Shown piece by piece: positions 1 to 6,123 of a DNA stretch of 49,693 bases; within the stretch, counting starts at the first letter, position 1; each line of letters starts with the position of its first letter. The notes under the pieces were generated by a model. It saw only the letters and a list, made by a program, of their open reading frames with translations, was not told where the DNA came from and ran no database searches. A program made the translations under genes and the position numbers. Source of the DNA: a virus. The stretch is taken from IMG/VR virus record IMGVR_UViG_3300048908_000031; one strand, given 5' to 3'.

Positions 1-127
1 CTTCGGGTTTGTTGAGGGCGGCGTTTATTTTCTTGCCGTGATCGCAGGCCGCATAAGCGCTCTTGCGCATCGGCTCTGATGTAAGCTGATCCTCTCGGCT
101 CAAGGTCAGGATAATTCCAGTAAGCAC
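1..127. repeat. Terminal duplication, copy 1 (identical to 49567..49693); closure overlap of a circular or circularly permuted genome
   Basis: Base-for-base identity of 1-127 with 49567-49693. A minus-strand reading frame is continuous across the junction. Confidence 0.95.
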
Positions 128-430
128 GCTATAGTGACCGCATGTCTCGCGCAGCAGATTGACCAGCACCGCATTCCGCCGCTCGGCGTCCGCAAGGCGC
201 TGCTGAAGGTCGTCGCCGTGATCAATCATGCGATCTAAGTGGCGACGGTCAATTGCGCAAGAATCCTGAAGGCCGGCCAGCTCTTCCCGCAAAGCAGCGA
301 GCTGGTCTGTGAGCCGCTTATCTCGGTTCGCAGCATCCGCCGCAAGAACCCAAGATCCATTCGGGTCTACGGAAAGATTTCCGGAGAAGTCGCGGCTGTA
401 TCTGGTTATTAATTTCTGAACTTCACTCAT
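1..430 (-). CDS. Hypothetical protein, N-terminal part (coiled-coil, Cys-rich C-terminus). The gene wraps the junction and ends at 49481, giving 171 aa in total.
   Basis: ATG at 428-430 is preceded by GAGGGAG. The frame stays open to the window edge and matches ORF 49481..49693 in phase: 430 + 86 unique nt = 516 nt. Confidence 0.7.
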   Translation of the reverse strand, partial: MSEVQKLITRYSRDFSGNLSVDPNGSWVLAADAANRDKRLTDQLAALREELAGLQDSCAIDRRHLDRMIDHGDDLQQRLADAERRNAVLVNLLRETCGHYSVLTGIILTLSREDQLTSEPMRKSAYAACDHGKKINAALNKPE

Positions 431-481
431 TCCAAAATCTCCCTCATTCGATAATCGACCCGGTGCCGGAGTGGCTGTGGG

Positions 482-643
482 TCACACCTGAGCAGCCATC
501 TTTACCCGCTGCGCCTTGTCCCAGCCCATCTGCCAGCGCTCCCGCGAAAACGGCGCTGCATCCTTGTCAAACGGATTCTGCTTGGCGGACAATCCCTTCA
601 GAAATGCCGCATACCCTTGCTCGAACGCCATCAGCTTTTGCAT
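482..643 (-). CDS. Rmf/CrpP-family small protein (ribosome modulation factor-like)
   Basis: The 53-aa product from the internal ATG (RBS AGGAGG) is MQKLMAFEQGYAAFLKGLSAKQNPFDKDAAPFSRERWQMGWDKA. This matches the RMF pattern GY.AG..G....P....W..GW..A. Confidence 0.6.
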   Translation of the reverse strand: MQKLMAFEQGYAAFLKGLSAKQNPFDKDAAPFSRERWQMGWDKAQRVKMAAQV

Positions 644-678
644 GGTCACCTCCTGGTGATCGTTGTGGGATTGATCGC

Positions 679-1284
679 TTATTGGCACGGCTCCCAGCCA
701 GGAACGCTAAGTCGAACCAAAGTTCTGGCTGTATCCATAGGCACTGGCAGTGATTCGTGAATCATCGTCACGTTGCCGGCATAGGCCACTCCAGCGAGCA
801 GGCGAACCTCGGAGAGCTGCGACAAATCCATCATCGAGCAGTCTCCACCCTCTCCTGGCATTTCATAGAACTCGCCGATCAATGCGCGGGATGCGCTGAC
901 ATCTGAAGCAAGAATCAAGGCTTCCGGCGCAGAAAAGTCGCACTGCGACCAGCCTGGGCTTGGATTCTGCCATTTTCCAGCATGGCCTCCACCTCCACCA
1001 TGTCGGCCTTTAGCAGCGATCCAATACCCGTCAATATGGGCGCCGGGGCGCCGGTGCGAAGCATTCGCCCTAACTACGCCTTGATCCACCATTAGATAGA
1101 TTGGGCCATCAGTATCCACGCCGACAAGCATCTGGTTGACAGTTTCCTGCCAGCGAGACAAGTCCGACGGCAGGCCTGTTTCAAGCCGGAATTCGCGCAT
1201 GTAGATGCGCTCCGCCAGGAACGACGGAAACTCAACCTTGCCAATTTCAGTAACGCGACTGACATTCTTGTTTGTGTAAGTCAT
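679..1284 (-). CDS. Putative Fe(II)/2-oxoglutarate dioxygenase-like protein
   Basis: 201 aa. HxD in AHIDG (res 83-85), a distal His in MIHES (res 176) and RxS in VRLSV (res 191-193). ATGA overlap with the recombinase stop. Confidence 0.4.
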   Translation of the reverse strand: MTYTNKNVSRVTEIGKVEFPSFLAERIYMREFRLETGLPSDLSRWQETVNQMLVGVDTDGPIYLMVDQGVVRANASHRRPGAHIDGYWIAAKGRHGGGGGHAGKWQNPSPGWSQCDFSAPEALILASDVSASRALIGEFYEMPGEGGDCSMMDLSQLSEVRLLAGVAYAGNVTMIHESLPVPMDTARTLVRLSVPGWEPCQ

Positions 1285-1901
1285 TTCGGATCCTCGTCAA
1301 TTTGTTTATCGCGAATCTTGGCTACTGTGGTCGGGCTGCACTCGGCCAATTCGGCCACCCGCTTCACCGATAGCGTCTTGTCGGTCATCAGCGCCTTCAC
1401 CCGTGCGTGCAGCAGCACGTCAACCGGCCTGCCCTTGTACTTCCCGGCCTTCTTGCTTTCTGCGATCCCTTGAGCCTGTCGGGTAGCTCGCGTCTCCCAG
1501 TCATCACGCGCCATCTGCATGGCAACCTTGAGCAGCATGTCCTGCACTGCATCGAGGATGATCCGGGCCATTCCGCCGGCCTGAATGTCGGACAGGTCGA
1601 CAATCCCCGGCACCACTAGCTTCGCCCCCTTCCCTTTGATCGCCGCAATGATCGCTTCTGCCTCTGGCAATGGCGCCCGCGTGATGCGATCCATCTTCTC
1701 TGCGATCACCACGTCACCCGGCTGCAAATCGGCAATCATCCGATTCAGTGCAGGCCGGTCAGCGCTGGTGCCGCTCATCTTGTCCTCGTAAATCCCCGCA
1801 ATGTAATAGCCTTCATCCATCGCCTTTCCTACCAATGCCCGCTGCCGCTCAAGATCCTGTTCGGCTGTGCTGACGCGCAGGTACACCCTGGCATTCTTCA
1901 T
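1281..1901 (-). CDS. Small serine recombinase (resolvase/invertase family) with C-terminal HTH
   Basis: The N-terminus VYLRVSTAEQDLERQ carries the catalytic Ser motif. Also present are the EKMDRITR motif and a C-terminal HTH, LSVKRVAELAECSPTTVAKI. 206 aa. Confidence 0.9.
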   Translation of the reverse strand: MKNARVYLRVSTAEQDLERQRALVGKAMDEGYYIAGIYEDKMSGTSADRPALNRMIADLQPGDVVIAEKMDRITRAPLPEAEAIIAAIKGKGAKLVVPGIVDLSDIQAGGMARIILDAVQDMLLKVAMQMARDDWETRATRQAQGIAESKKAGKYKGRPVDVLLHARVKALMTDKTLSVKRVAELAECSPTTVAKIRDKQIDEDPK

Positions 1902-1920
1902 AACCTGCTCACTCGTTGTT

Positions 1921-1990
1921 TTGAGTAGCCAGTAAATCAGAACACATTTAGGATCGTCAATATAAATATTTGCCTATTGGAAACATTGGG
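1921..1990. promoter_or_regulatory. AT-rich segment upstream of the recombinase gene; candidate promoter and/or recombination (att/res-like) site
   Basis: A sharp local AT-rich island (cgtcaatataaatatttgcctattgg, with palindrome AAATATTT) sits in an otherwise GC-rich genome. It lies between a hairpin (GCCTCggctGAGGC, 2000-2013) and the recombinase start. Confidence 0.35.
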
Positions 1991-2033
1991 CCGGGAATCG
2001 CCTCGGCTGAGGCGTACCCAAAGTGAGAGGGGC

Positions 2034-2222
2034 CTACAGCAACCCCGCAAAGTCTTCCAGTAGGCCATCGCGATCTTCCCGCAACCCATCCCGCTCCTTG
2101 CTCAGCGCCTCAAACTTGCGATGCACATAGCGCGCTGTCGTCTCACCCGGCAGCATGTCAGCAGGGATAGCGGCGCCTCTCAGCACGGCTTCCCATTCGT
2201 GGACGGTCAGTTGTTCGGTCAT
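2034..2222 (-). CDS. Hypothetical protein (62 aa)
   Basis: ORF in the operon orientation with coding-like composition; no recognisable motif. Confidence 0.5.
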   Translation of the reverse strand: MTEQLTVHEWEAVLRGAAIPADMLPGETTARYVHRKFEALSKERDGLREDRDGLLEDFAGLL

Positions 2223-2251
2223 GGTGATGCTCCGTGCTTTGGCGGTTGTGG

Positions 2252-2977
2252 TTAGATGGCCATTTCGGCCTGTGTTTCTCGCAGCCAGATGGGAGAGCTG
2301 TTGTGTGATTCGATCCTATCTGCGATCACATTGGCACGCTGGCCTGCCGTTGGCGGAACGTACATCCCGTAGCGCTTGATGCTGCCTCCGTTGACCGTTG
2401 CATTTGTAGAGTCAGCCGAAGTCAGCGGCAGGTGCTGGAAGATCTCCGGGTTAAGCATGCGCAAACCATGCAGTCGACAGATCGGCCGTCCGTGCTCATC
2501 GCAGATTTCATTCATCGCCGCGCCTATGCGCTTCCACCATGGCTTTGTGCCTGGCGATGACCACTGGCCCGAACTACCGATTGCAACTGTCGGCCATTCA
2601 GTGGCCAGACGCTGAAGACGCTCAAGCGATTCGTGCAAATGCCAGACCGGAACGCCGCGAAACTCCTTTGGCCACTCTGCCAACAGCGCGTCATTCGCCG
2701 CCTCGTTACCGTCGATCACGTCAGGGATAAGTGCCCAATCGAAGCCTGGATGCCTATGCCACTGTTCAACCCAGCGGGTATACCCGTCGACGTCCATTGG
2801 CACGCCCTTCGTCCAGGCCGAGAACGCACCGTTATCAAAAACAAATGACTGGCAGGCCTCGGCAACGATGCCCATGTCATCCTGGCGTGGGAACGGCACT
2901 AATGCATGGCGCCCCATGAGAAAGCTGGCCTTGCAGTTGAGCGTCCCACCGACTGGCGTACCGTGGTAATGGATCAT
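2252..2977 (-). CDS. TGT-superfamily TIM-barrel protein, DpdA-like putative DNA 7-deazaguanine transglycosylase
   Basis: 241 aa with alternating beta/alpha pattern. FVFDNGAFSAW resembles TGT LTDSGGFQ, LHGLRML resembles TGT LMGVG, and LTSADSTNA resembles the catalytic Asp strand. ATGA-coupled to the QueF-like gene. Confidence 0.45.
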   Translation of the reverse strand: MIHYHGTPVGGTLNCKASFLMGRHALVPFPRQDDMGIVAEACQSFVFDNGAFSAWTKGVPMDVDGYTRWVEQWHRHPGFDWALIPDVIDGNEAANDALLAEWPKEFRGVPVWHLHESLERLQRLATEWPTVAIGSSGQWSSPGTKPWWKRIGAAMNEICDEHGRPICRLHGLRMLNPEIFQHLPLTSADSTNATVNGGSIKRYGMYVPPTAGQRANVIADRIESHNSSPIWLRETQAEMAI

Positions 2978-3219
2978 GCCGCCAGCCTTACCGTTTCAAT
3001 CTCTACACCTTGGTGCGTGGCCGTTATCGTTTGATCTCCGCCCAGCGCCTCGGCCAGTCGATCAGCGATCTGCTCGTGCCATCCTTTCTTGATCAGTGCA
3101 GTGGCCGCCTTGATGTGCTCGACATGAATCATCGCCAGCGCCCTGATCTCAAGTCGATAGATGATCGCTTCTCCGTCGGACGGGCAGACAGCTGTAAAAG
3201 TGTGCCGGTAAGTATTCAT
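2974..3219 (-). CDS. Minimal QueF-like T-fold protein (81 aa)
   Basis: [20 protein letters not shown] resembles QueF [31 protein letters not shown] resembles VESKSLKLYL, and [12 protein letters not shown] resembles HEDCMNIIMNDL. The layout is beta-beta-alpha-alpha-beta-beta, and the N-terminal NADPH-binding part of QueF is absent. Confidence 0.45.
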   Translation of the reverse strand: [81 protein letters not shown]

Positions 3220-3258
3220 GGGAATTCCTTGCCCATAGCGGGCCGCTTGATTGATTGG

Positions 3259-3426
3259 TTATGCCGCAGGGGATCGCAGCCCATCCCGCTCAGCCCGCAC
3301 AATCGCATGGCGAATTCCTCGGCCAAGGTAGCGCTCGATCAGGTGCCAGGTGACGCCATCGGTGTGCAGCTCGTAGGCGAGCACGAGGGTTTCGCGGGTA
3401 TGCTTGAATTGGGCGCCGGGCTTCAT
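3259..3426 (-). CDS. Small hypothetical protein (55 aa), possible HTH
   Basis: The internal ATG forms an ATGA overlap with the upstream stop at 3423-3426. Product is MKPGAQFKHTRETLVLAYELHTDGVTWHLIERYLGRG... Confidence 0.45.
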   Translation of the reverse strand: MKPGAQFKHTRETLVLAYELHTDGVTWHLIERYLGRGIRHAIVRAERDGLRSPAA

Positions 3427-3968
3427 GGCTTCGTCTCGCCGGTATAGGTTCGCCACGGCATATTGCGGCCGCTGACCATGAAGCCCCAGTCGCCACGCCA
3501 CTTGCTGGTGATGAACAGAGTGAATGCGCCTTCTGGCTGCACGTAGTCGATGCGGTGGTACTCGCCGAACGTCAGTGTCGCGGTATCACCCGAACGGCGG
3601 ATGATTCGCACTCGTCGCGTTACCGACAGGATCGATCTGGTTCCTTGGCGAATGGCTGGCCGCTCTTCGGTGTACCCGCCGCGCAGGATGATGGTGCGCG
3701 CATTCCACGGGTGCGAGTGCAGGTCGCGGTCAGCATCCGGCCGCATGATGTGGTGAATTCGGATCGACCACGGGAACCACCAGAATTTCGCCTTGTGCGT
3801 CTCGCGGCTGTACGGGTTGAACAGCCACCAGCGGCCCATGTACATGTCGGAACCGTCGGCGGACATGATGTGCTGGTACGGGGTGCGCTGGGCTCGGGCG
3901 ATGAGCCAGTTGGCGATGGCTGGGCGGGCAAGCAGCTTGGCGAGCAGGCGCCAGAAGAGATTGATCAT
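3423..3968 (-). CDS. Cupin-fold metalloprotein-like hypothetical protein
   Basis: 181 aa from MINLFW. Cupin motif 1-like LHSHPWNARTIILRGGYTEE and motif 2-like GDTATLTFGEYHRID. ATGA overlaps at both ends. Confidence 0.5.
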   Translation of the reverse strand: MINLFWRLLAKLLARPAIANWLIARAQRTPYQHIMSADGSDMYMGRWWLFNPYSRETHKAKFWWFPWSIRIHHIMRPDADRDLHSHPWNARTIILRGGYTEERPAIRQGTRSILSVTRRVRIIRRSGDTATLTFGEYHRIDYVQPEGAFTLFITSKWRGDWGFMVSGRNMPWRTYTGETKP

Positions 3969-4324
3969 GATTTCACCAGTTCGGCAGGGACGCGCACGGT
4001 GTCGCCCAGCTTGTTGGCGACGATGGCGCGGCAGGCAGCAATGATCGGTGTTTCTGCATGCCATGCCGCCGTTGAATCTGTCCAAGCGCATGGGTTGCAG
4101 GCTTCATCGGAGTAGATGATGCTGACGCGATACCTAGCGATAAGCGGGCCGCACTGGTGCCAGTTGAACGATGGCATCCAAGGGGATTGCAGGCCAGGAC
4201 ACACGTTTATGCGCAACTCCTTGCCGAGAGAATCGTCAATCACGATTTCGCAGGCCAATGCCACTGCCCAATCCAGCGCCGGGCCAATCAGTTCAGCCGT
4301 CTTCACTTCGGTCGTCTTATCCAT
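3965..4324 (-). CDS. DUF2591 (NinX-like) family protein, paralogue 1
   Basis: TAELIGPALDWAVA at the N-terminus and CRAIVANKLGDTVRVPAELV at the C-terminus. The C-terminus is nearly identical to that of the 20321..20710 product. Confidence 0.7.
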   Translation of the reverse strand: MDKTTEVKTAELIGPALDWAVALACEIVIDDSLGKELRINVCPGLQSPWMPSFNWHQCGPLIARYRVSIIYSDEACNPCAWTDSTAAWHAETPIIAACRAIVANKLGDTVRVPAELVKS

Positions 4325-4500
4325 CACTCACCCTCCTTCTGTGCCGCCCGGTACGCCCGGACGATCTTGTAAATAGCCGCCTTGCTCAACTTGAATCGCT
4401 TGGCGGCCTCGTCGGCGCTGTACGTCTGGTAGCACTCGATAATCTTGGCGTTGCGTGCTGCGTTCTTTCCCGGTTTCGGCCCGGACTTGTGAGTTTTCAT
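4324..4500 (-). CDS. Small HTH DNA-binding protein (58 aa), not in the supplied ORF track
   Basis: Product is MKTHKSGPKPGKNAARNAKIIECYQTYSADEAAKRFKLSKAAIYKIVRAYRAAQKEGE. It starts directly after the pentapeptide gene stop and has a TGATG overlap with the next gene. Confidence 0.6.
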   Translation of the reverse strand: MKTHKSGPKPGKNAARNAKIIECYQTYSADEAAKRFKLSKAAIYKIVRAYRAAQKEGE

Positions 4501-5079
4501 TCAGTCGGCTCCTTTCTCGGGCGCCTCATAAGGAACGGCAGGCGATGCTTCGATGATGGTTTTCAGAATCGGTTTCCAGATCGACCACCAGGCTGATGCG
4601 CGCGAATCCATTTCCTGAATTTCTTCATCGCCGAACGCCCACCACTCAGTCAATGCATGGAACTGGCAACCGATCTGCATCTTGTCCGCTGTGTACGTCA
4701 CCGGCCAGAGATCGCACTGCACAGACTTGACCTGCGACAGGTTGCCGAAAGCGCCCCATATCGAAGCGGCGTAGCGCAGGTCGGCGTAGCGCAGGTCGGC
4801 GTAGCTCAGGTCGGCGGAGCTCAGGCTGGCGTAGCGCAGGTCGGCGTAGCGCAGGTCGGCGGAGCTCAGGTTGGCGGAGCGCAGGCTGGCGTAGCGCAGG
4901 TCGGCGTAGCGCAGGTCGGCGGAGCGCAGGCTGGCGTAGCGCAGGTCGGCGTAGCGCAGGTCGGCGGAGCTCAGGTTGGCGGAGCTCAGGTTGGCGCGTT
5001 CGCCGCCCTCTTCATCGTTTAGCCATGCGCGGTGCTTCCGAATGATCTCGTCAAGTTGTTCAGTGGTGAAAGTTCGCAT
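4501..5079 (-). CDS. Pentapeptide-repeat protein: about 15 A(D/N)L(R/S)(Y/S) repeats plus a unique ~90-aa C-terminal domain
   Basis: [30 protein letters not shown]... is a canonical pentapeptide periodicity. 192 aa with RBS GGAG. Confidence 0.9.
   Translation of the reverse strand: MRTFTTEQLDEIIRKHRAWLNDEEGGERANLSSANLSSADLRYADLRYASLRSADLRYADLRYASLRSANLSSADLRYADLRYASLSSADLSYADLRYADLRYAASIWGAFGNLSQVKSVQCDLWPVTYTADKMQIGCQFHALTEWWAFGDEEIQEMDSRASAWWSIWKPILKTIIEASPAVPYEAPEKGAD
4766..4995. repeat. About 15 tandem copies of a 15-bp unit (gcgtagcgcaggtcg / gcggagctcaggttg variants) inside the pentapeptide gene
   Basis: Near-identical 15-bp units with higher-order 45-60 bp periodicity are directly visible at 4766-4995. 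Confidence 0.9.
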
Positions 5080-5107
5080 TGGTCTTACTCCATTGATTTA
5101 TGTTTGG

Positions 5108-5998
5108 TTAAAGTGCTGCGAGGGTCCGCTCATACAGGTCATCATGCTCGGCGGACATCGGTGATTTGGTGTTCTGGCGCTCGGCGACTAGCACGCCGCC
5201 CGACAGGAAGCCGGTGACGATCGGTGCGACGGTCTTGGCCTGCGTCACCAGAAACAGGTGGCCGTCGTTGATCACGTGCAGCTGCGAGCGCGGAATCAGG
5301 TTGGCCATCATGCGCATGTTGACCAGCGGAATCAGTGGGTCGTCATTGCCGGCCAGTACCAGCGTCGGCTGCTTGATCTTGTGCAGCCAGTGCGCTGAGG
5401 TCCATGCCCAAACCGCCATGGCTTGATAGTAATAACCGCGCCCGCTGGGCGATTTCATCTTGCTGGTGTGCGCGGTGGCCAGCGACTTGTCGTAACGGAA
5501 CGCGCCGCCGTAGATGTCCGGGGCGATGCGTGCACCGTGCTCGGGGTCGGTGTAGCGGCGTGGCGAGGCCATCAGGCTCAGCACCTTGAGTGATGGGGGC
5601 ACCATGGCGACCCCGCAGGAGGTGGCAGCAAGGATAAGTCGTCTGCACCGGTGCGGCTGGTCATAGGCGAACTGCTGGGCCAGAAAGCCTCCCCACGACA
5701 CGCCGATCACGTTGACTTGGTCATAGCCCATCACGTCCAGCATCGTGGCGACGGTCTTGGCCATGCCGCGAAAGGTGTACGGCAGCAGCGGAGCCGGCGA
5801 ACCTCCGACACCGGGCACGTCGAAAGCGATGATTTCTTGGTCAGGGTCCAGCTCATTGGTGAACGGGATGACCAAGTCCAGCGATGCGCCGATGCCGTTG
5901 AACACCACCAGCGGGGTCAGGTGCGATTTACCTGGGCGAACCGCCGTCCTGATTGACAGCCCATCCACTTGAACAGTGCGGAAAACAAAAGCCTTCAT
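5108..5998 (-). CDS. phaZ: Intracellular medium-chain-length polyhydroxyalkanoate depolymerase homologue (alpha/beta hydrolase)
   Basis: Colinear with Pseudomonas PhaZ as recalled: FRTVQVDGLSIRTAVRPGKSHLTPLVVFNGIGA, IAFDVPGVGGS, lipase box GVSWGG, MASPRRY, QPTLVLAGNDDPLIPL and DGHLFL. Start at MKAFVF with RBS GGAG. Confidence 0.85.
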   Translation of the reverse strand: MKAFVFRTVQVDGLSIRTAVRPGKSHLTPLVVFNGIGASLDLVIPFTNELDPDQEIIAFDVPGVGGSPAPLLPYTFRGMAKTVATMLDVMGYDQVNVIGVSWGGFLAQQFAYDQPHRCRRLILAATSCGVAMVPPSLKVLSLMASPRRYTDPEHGARIAPDIYGGAFRYDKSLATAHTSKMKSPSGRGYYYQAMAVWAWTSAHWLHKIKQPTLVLAGNDDPLIPLVNMRMMANLIPRSQLHVINDGHLFLVTQAKTVAPIVTGFLSGGVLVAERQNTKSPMSAEHDDLYERTLAAL

Positions 5999-6015
5999 TT
6001 CGTCGTGCTCCGGTT

Positions 6016-6033
6016 GGTCCTTATTGATGGACT
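6016..6033. promoter_or_regulatory. Operator-like inverted repeat, site G (minus strand reads AGTCCatcaataaGGACC)
   Basis: GGTCCttattgatGGACT lies immediately downstream of the putative -10 of the phaZ promoter. Confidence 0.55.
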
Positions 6034-6034
6034 C

Positions 6035-6063
6035 ACTATGCGCTGACAATCCGGTTAGGTCAA
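6035..6063 (-). promoter_or_regulatory. Candidate sigma70 promoter of the phaZ cassette (TTGACC-17-CATAGT)
   Basis: The minus strand reads TTGACC (6058-6063), a 17-nt spacer, then CATAGT (6035-6040). It sits between a terminator and the phaZ start. Confidence 0.45.
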
Positions 6064-6084
6064 CAAACAAGTCAACGATTTATG

Positions 6085-6110
6085 CAAAAAGAAACCCGGC
6101 GAACCGGGCG
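6085..6110 (-). terminator. Rho-independent terminator-like hairpin inside the early operon, upstream of the phaZ cassette
   Basis: Minus-strand RNA has a CCCGG-UUCG-CCGGG stem-loop followed by UUUCUUUUU. Confidence 0.5.
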
Positions 6111-6123
6111 ATGTTTGTAGTCG

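Noticed and set aside
4766-4995. Regular short repeats that could superficially look like a CRISPR or VNTR array
   Set aside because: The units are contiguous 15-mers with no spacers, and they translate in frame into canonical pentapeptide repeats within a 192-aa ORF.
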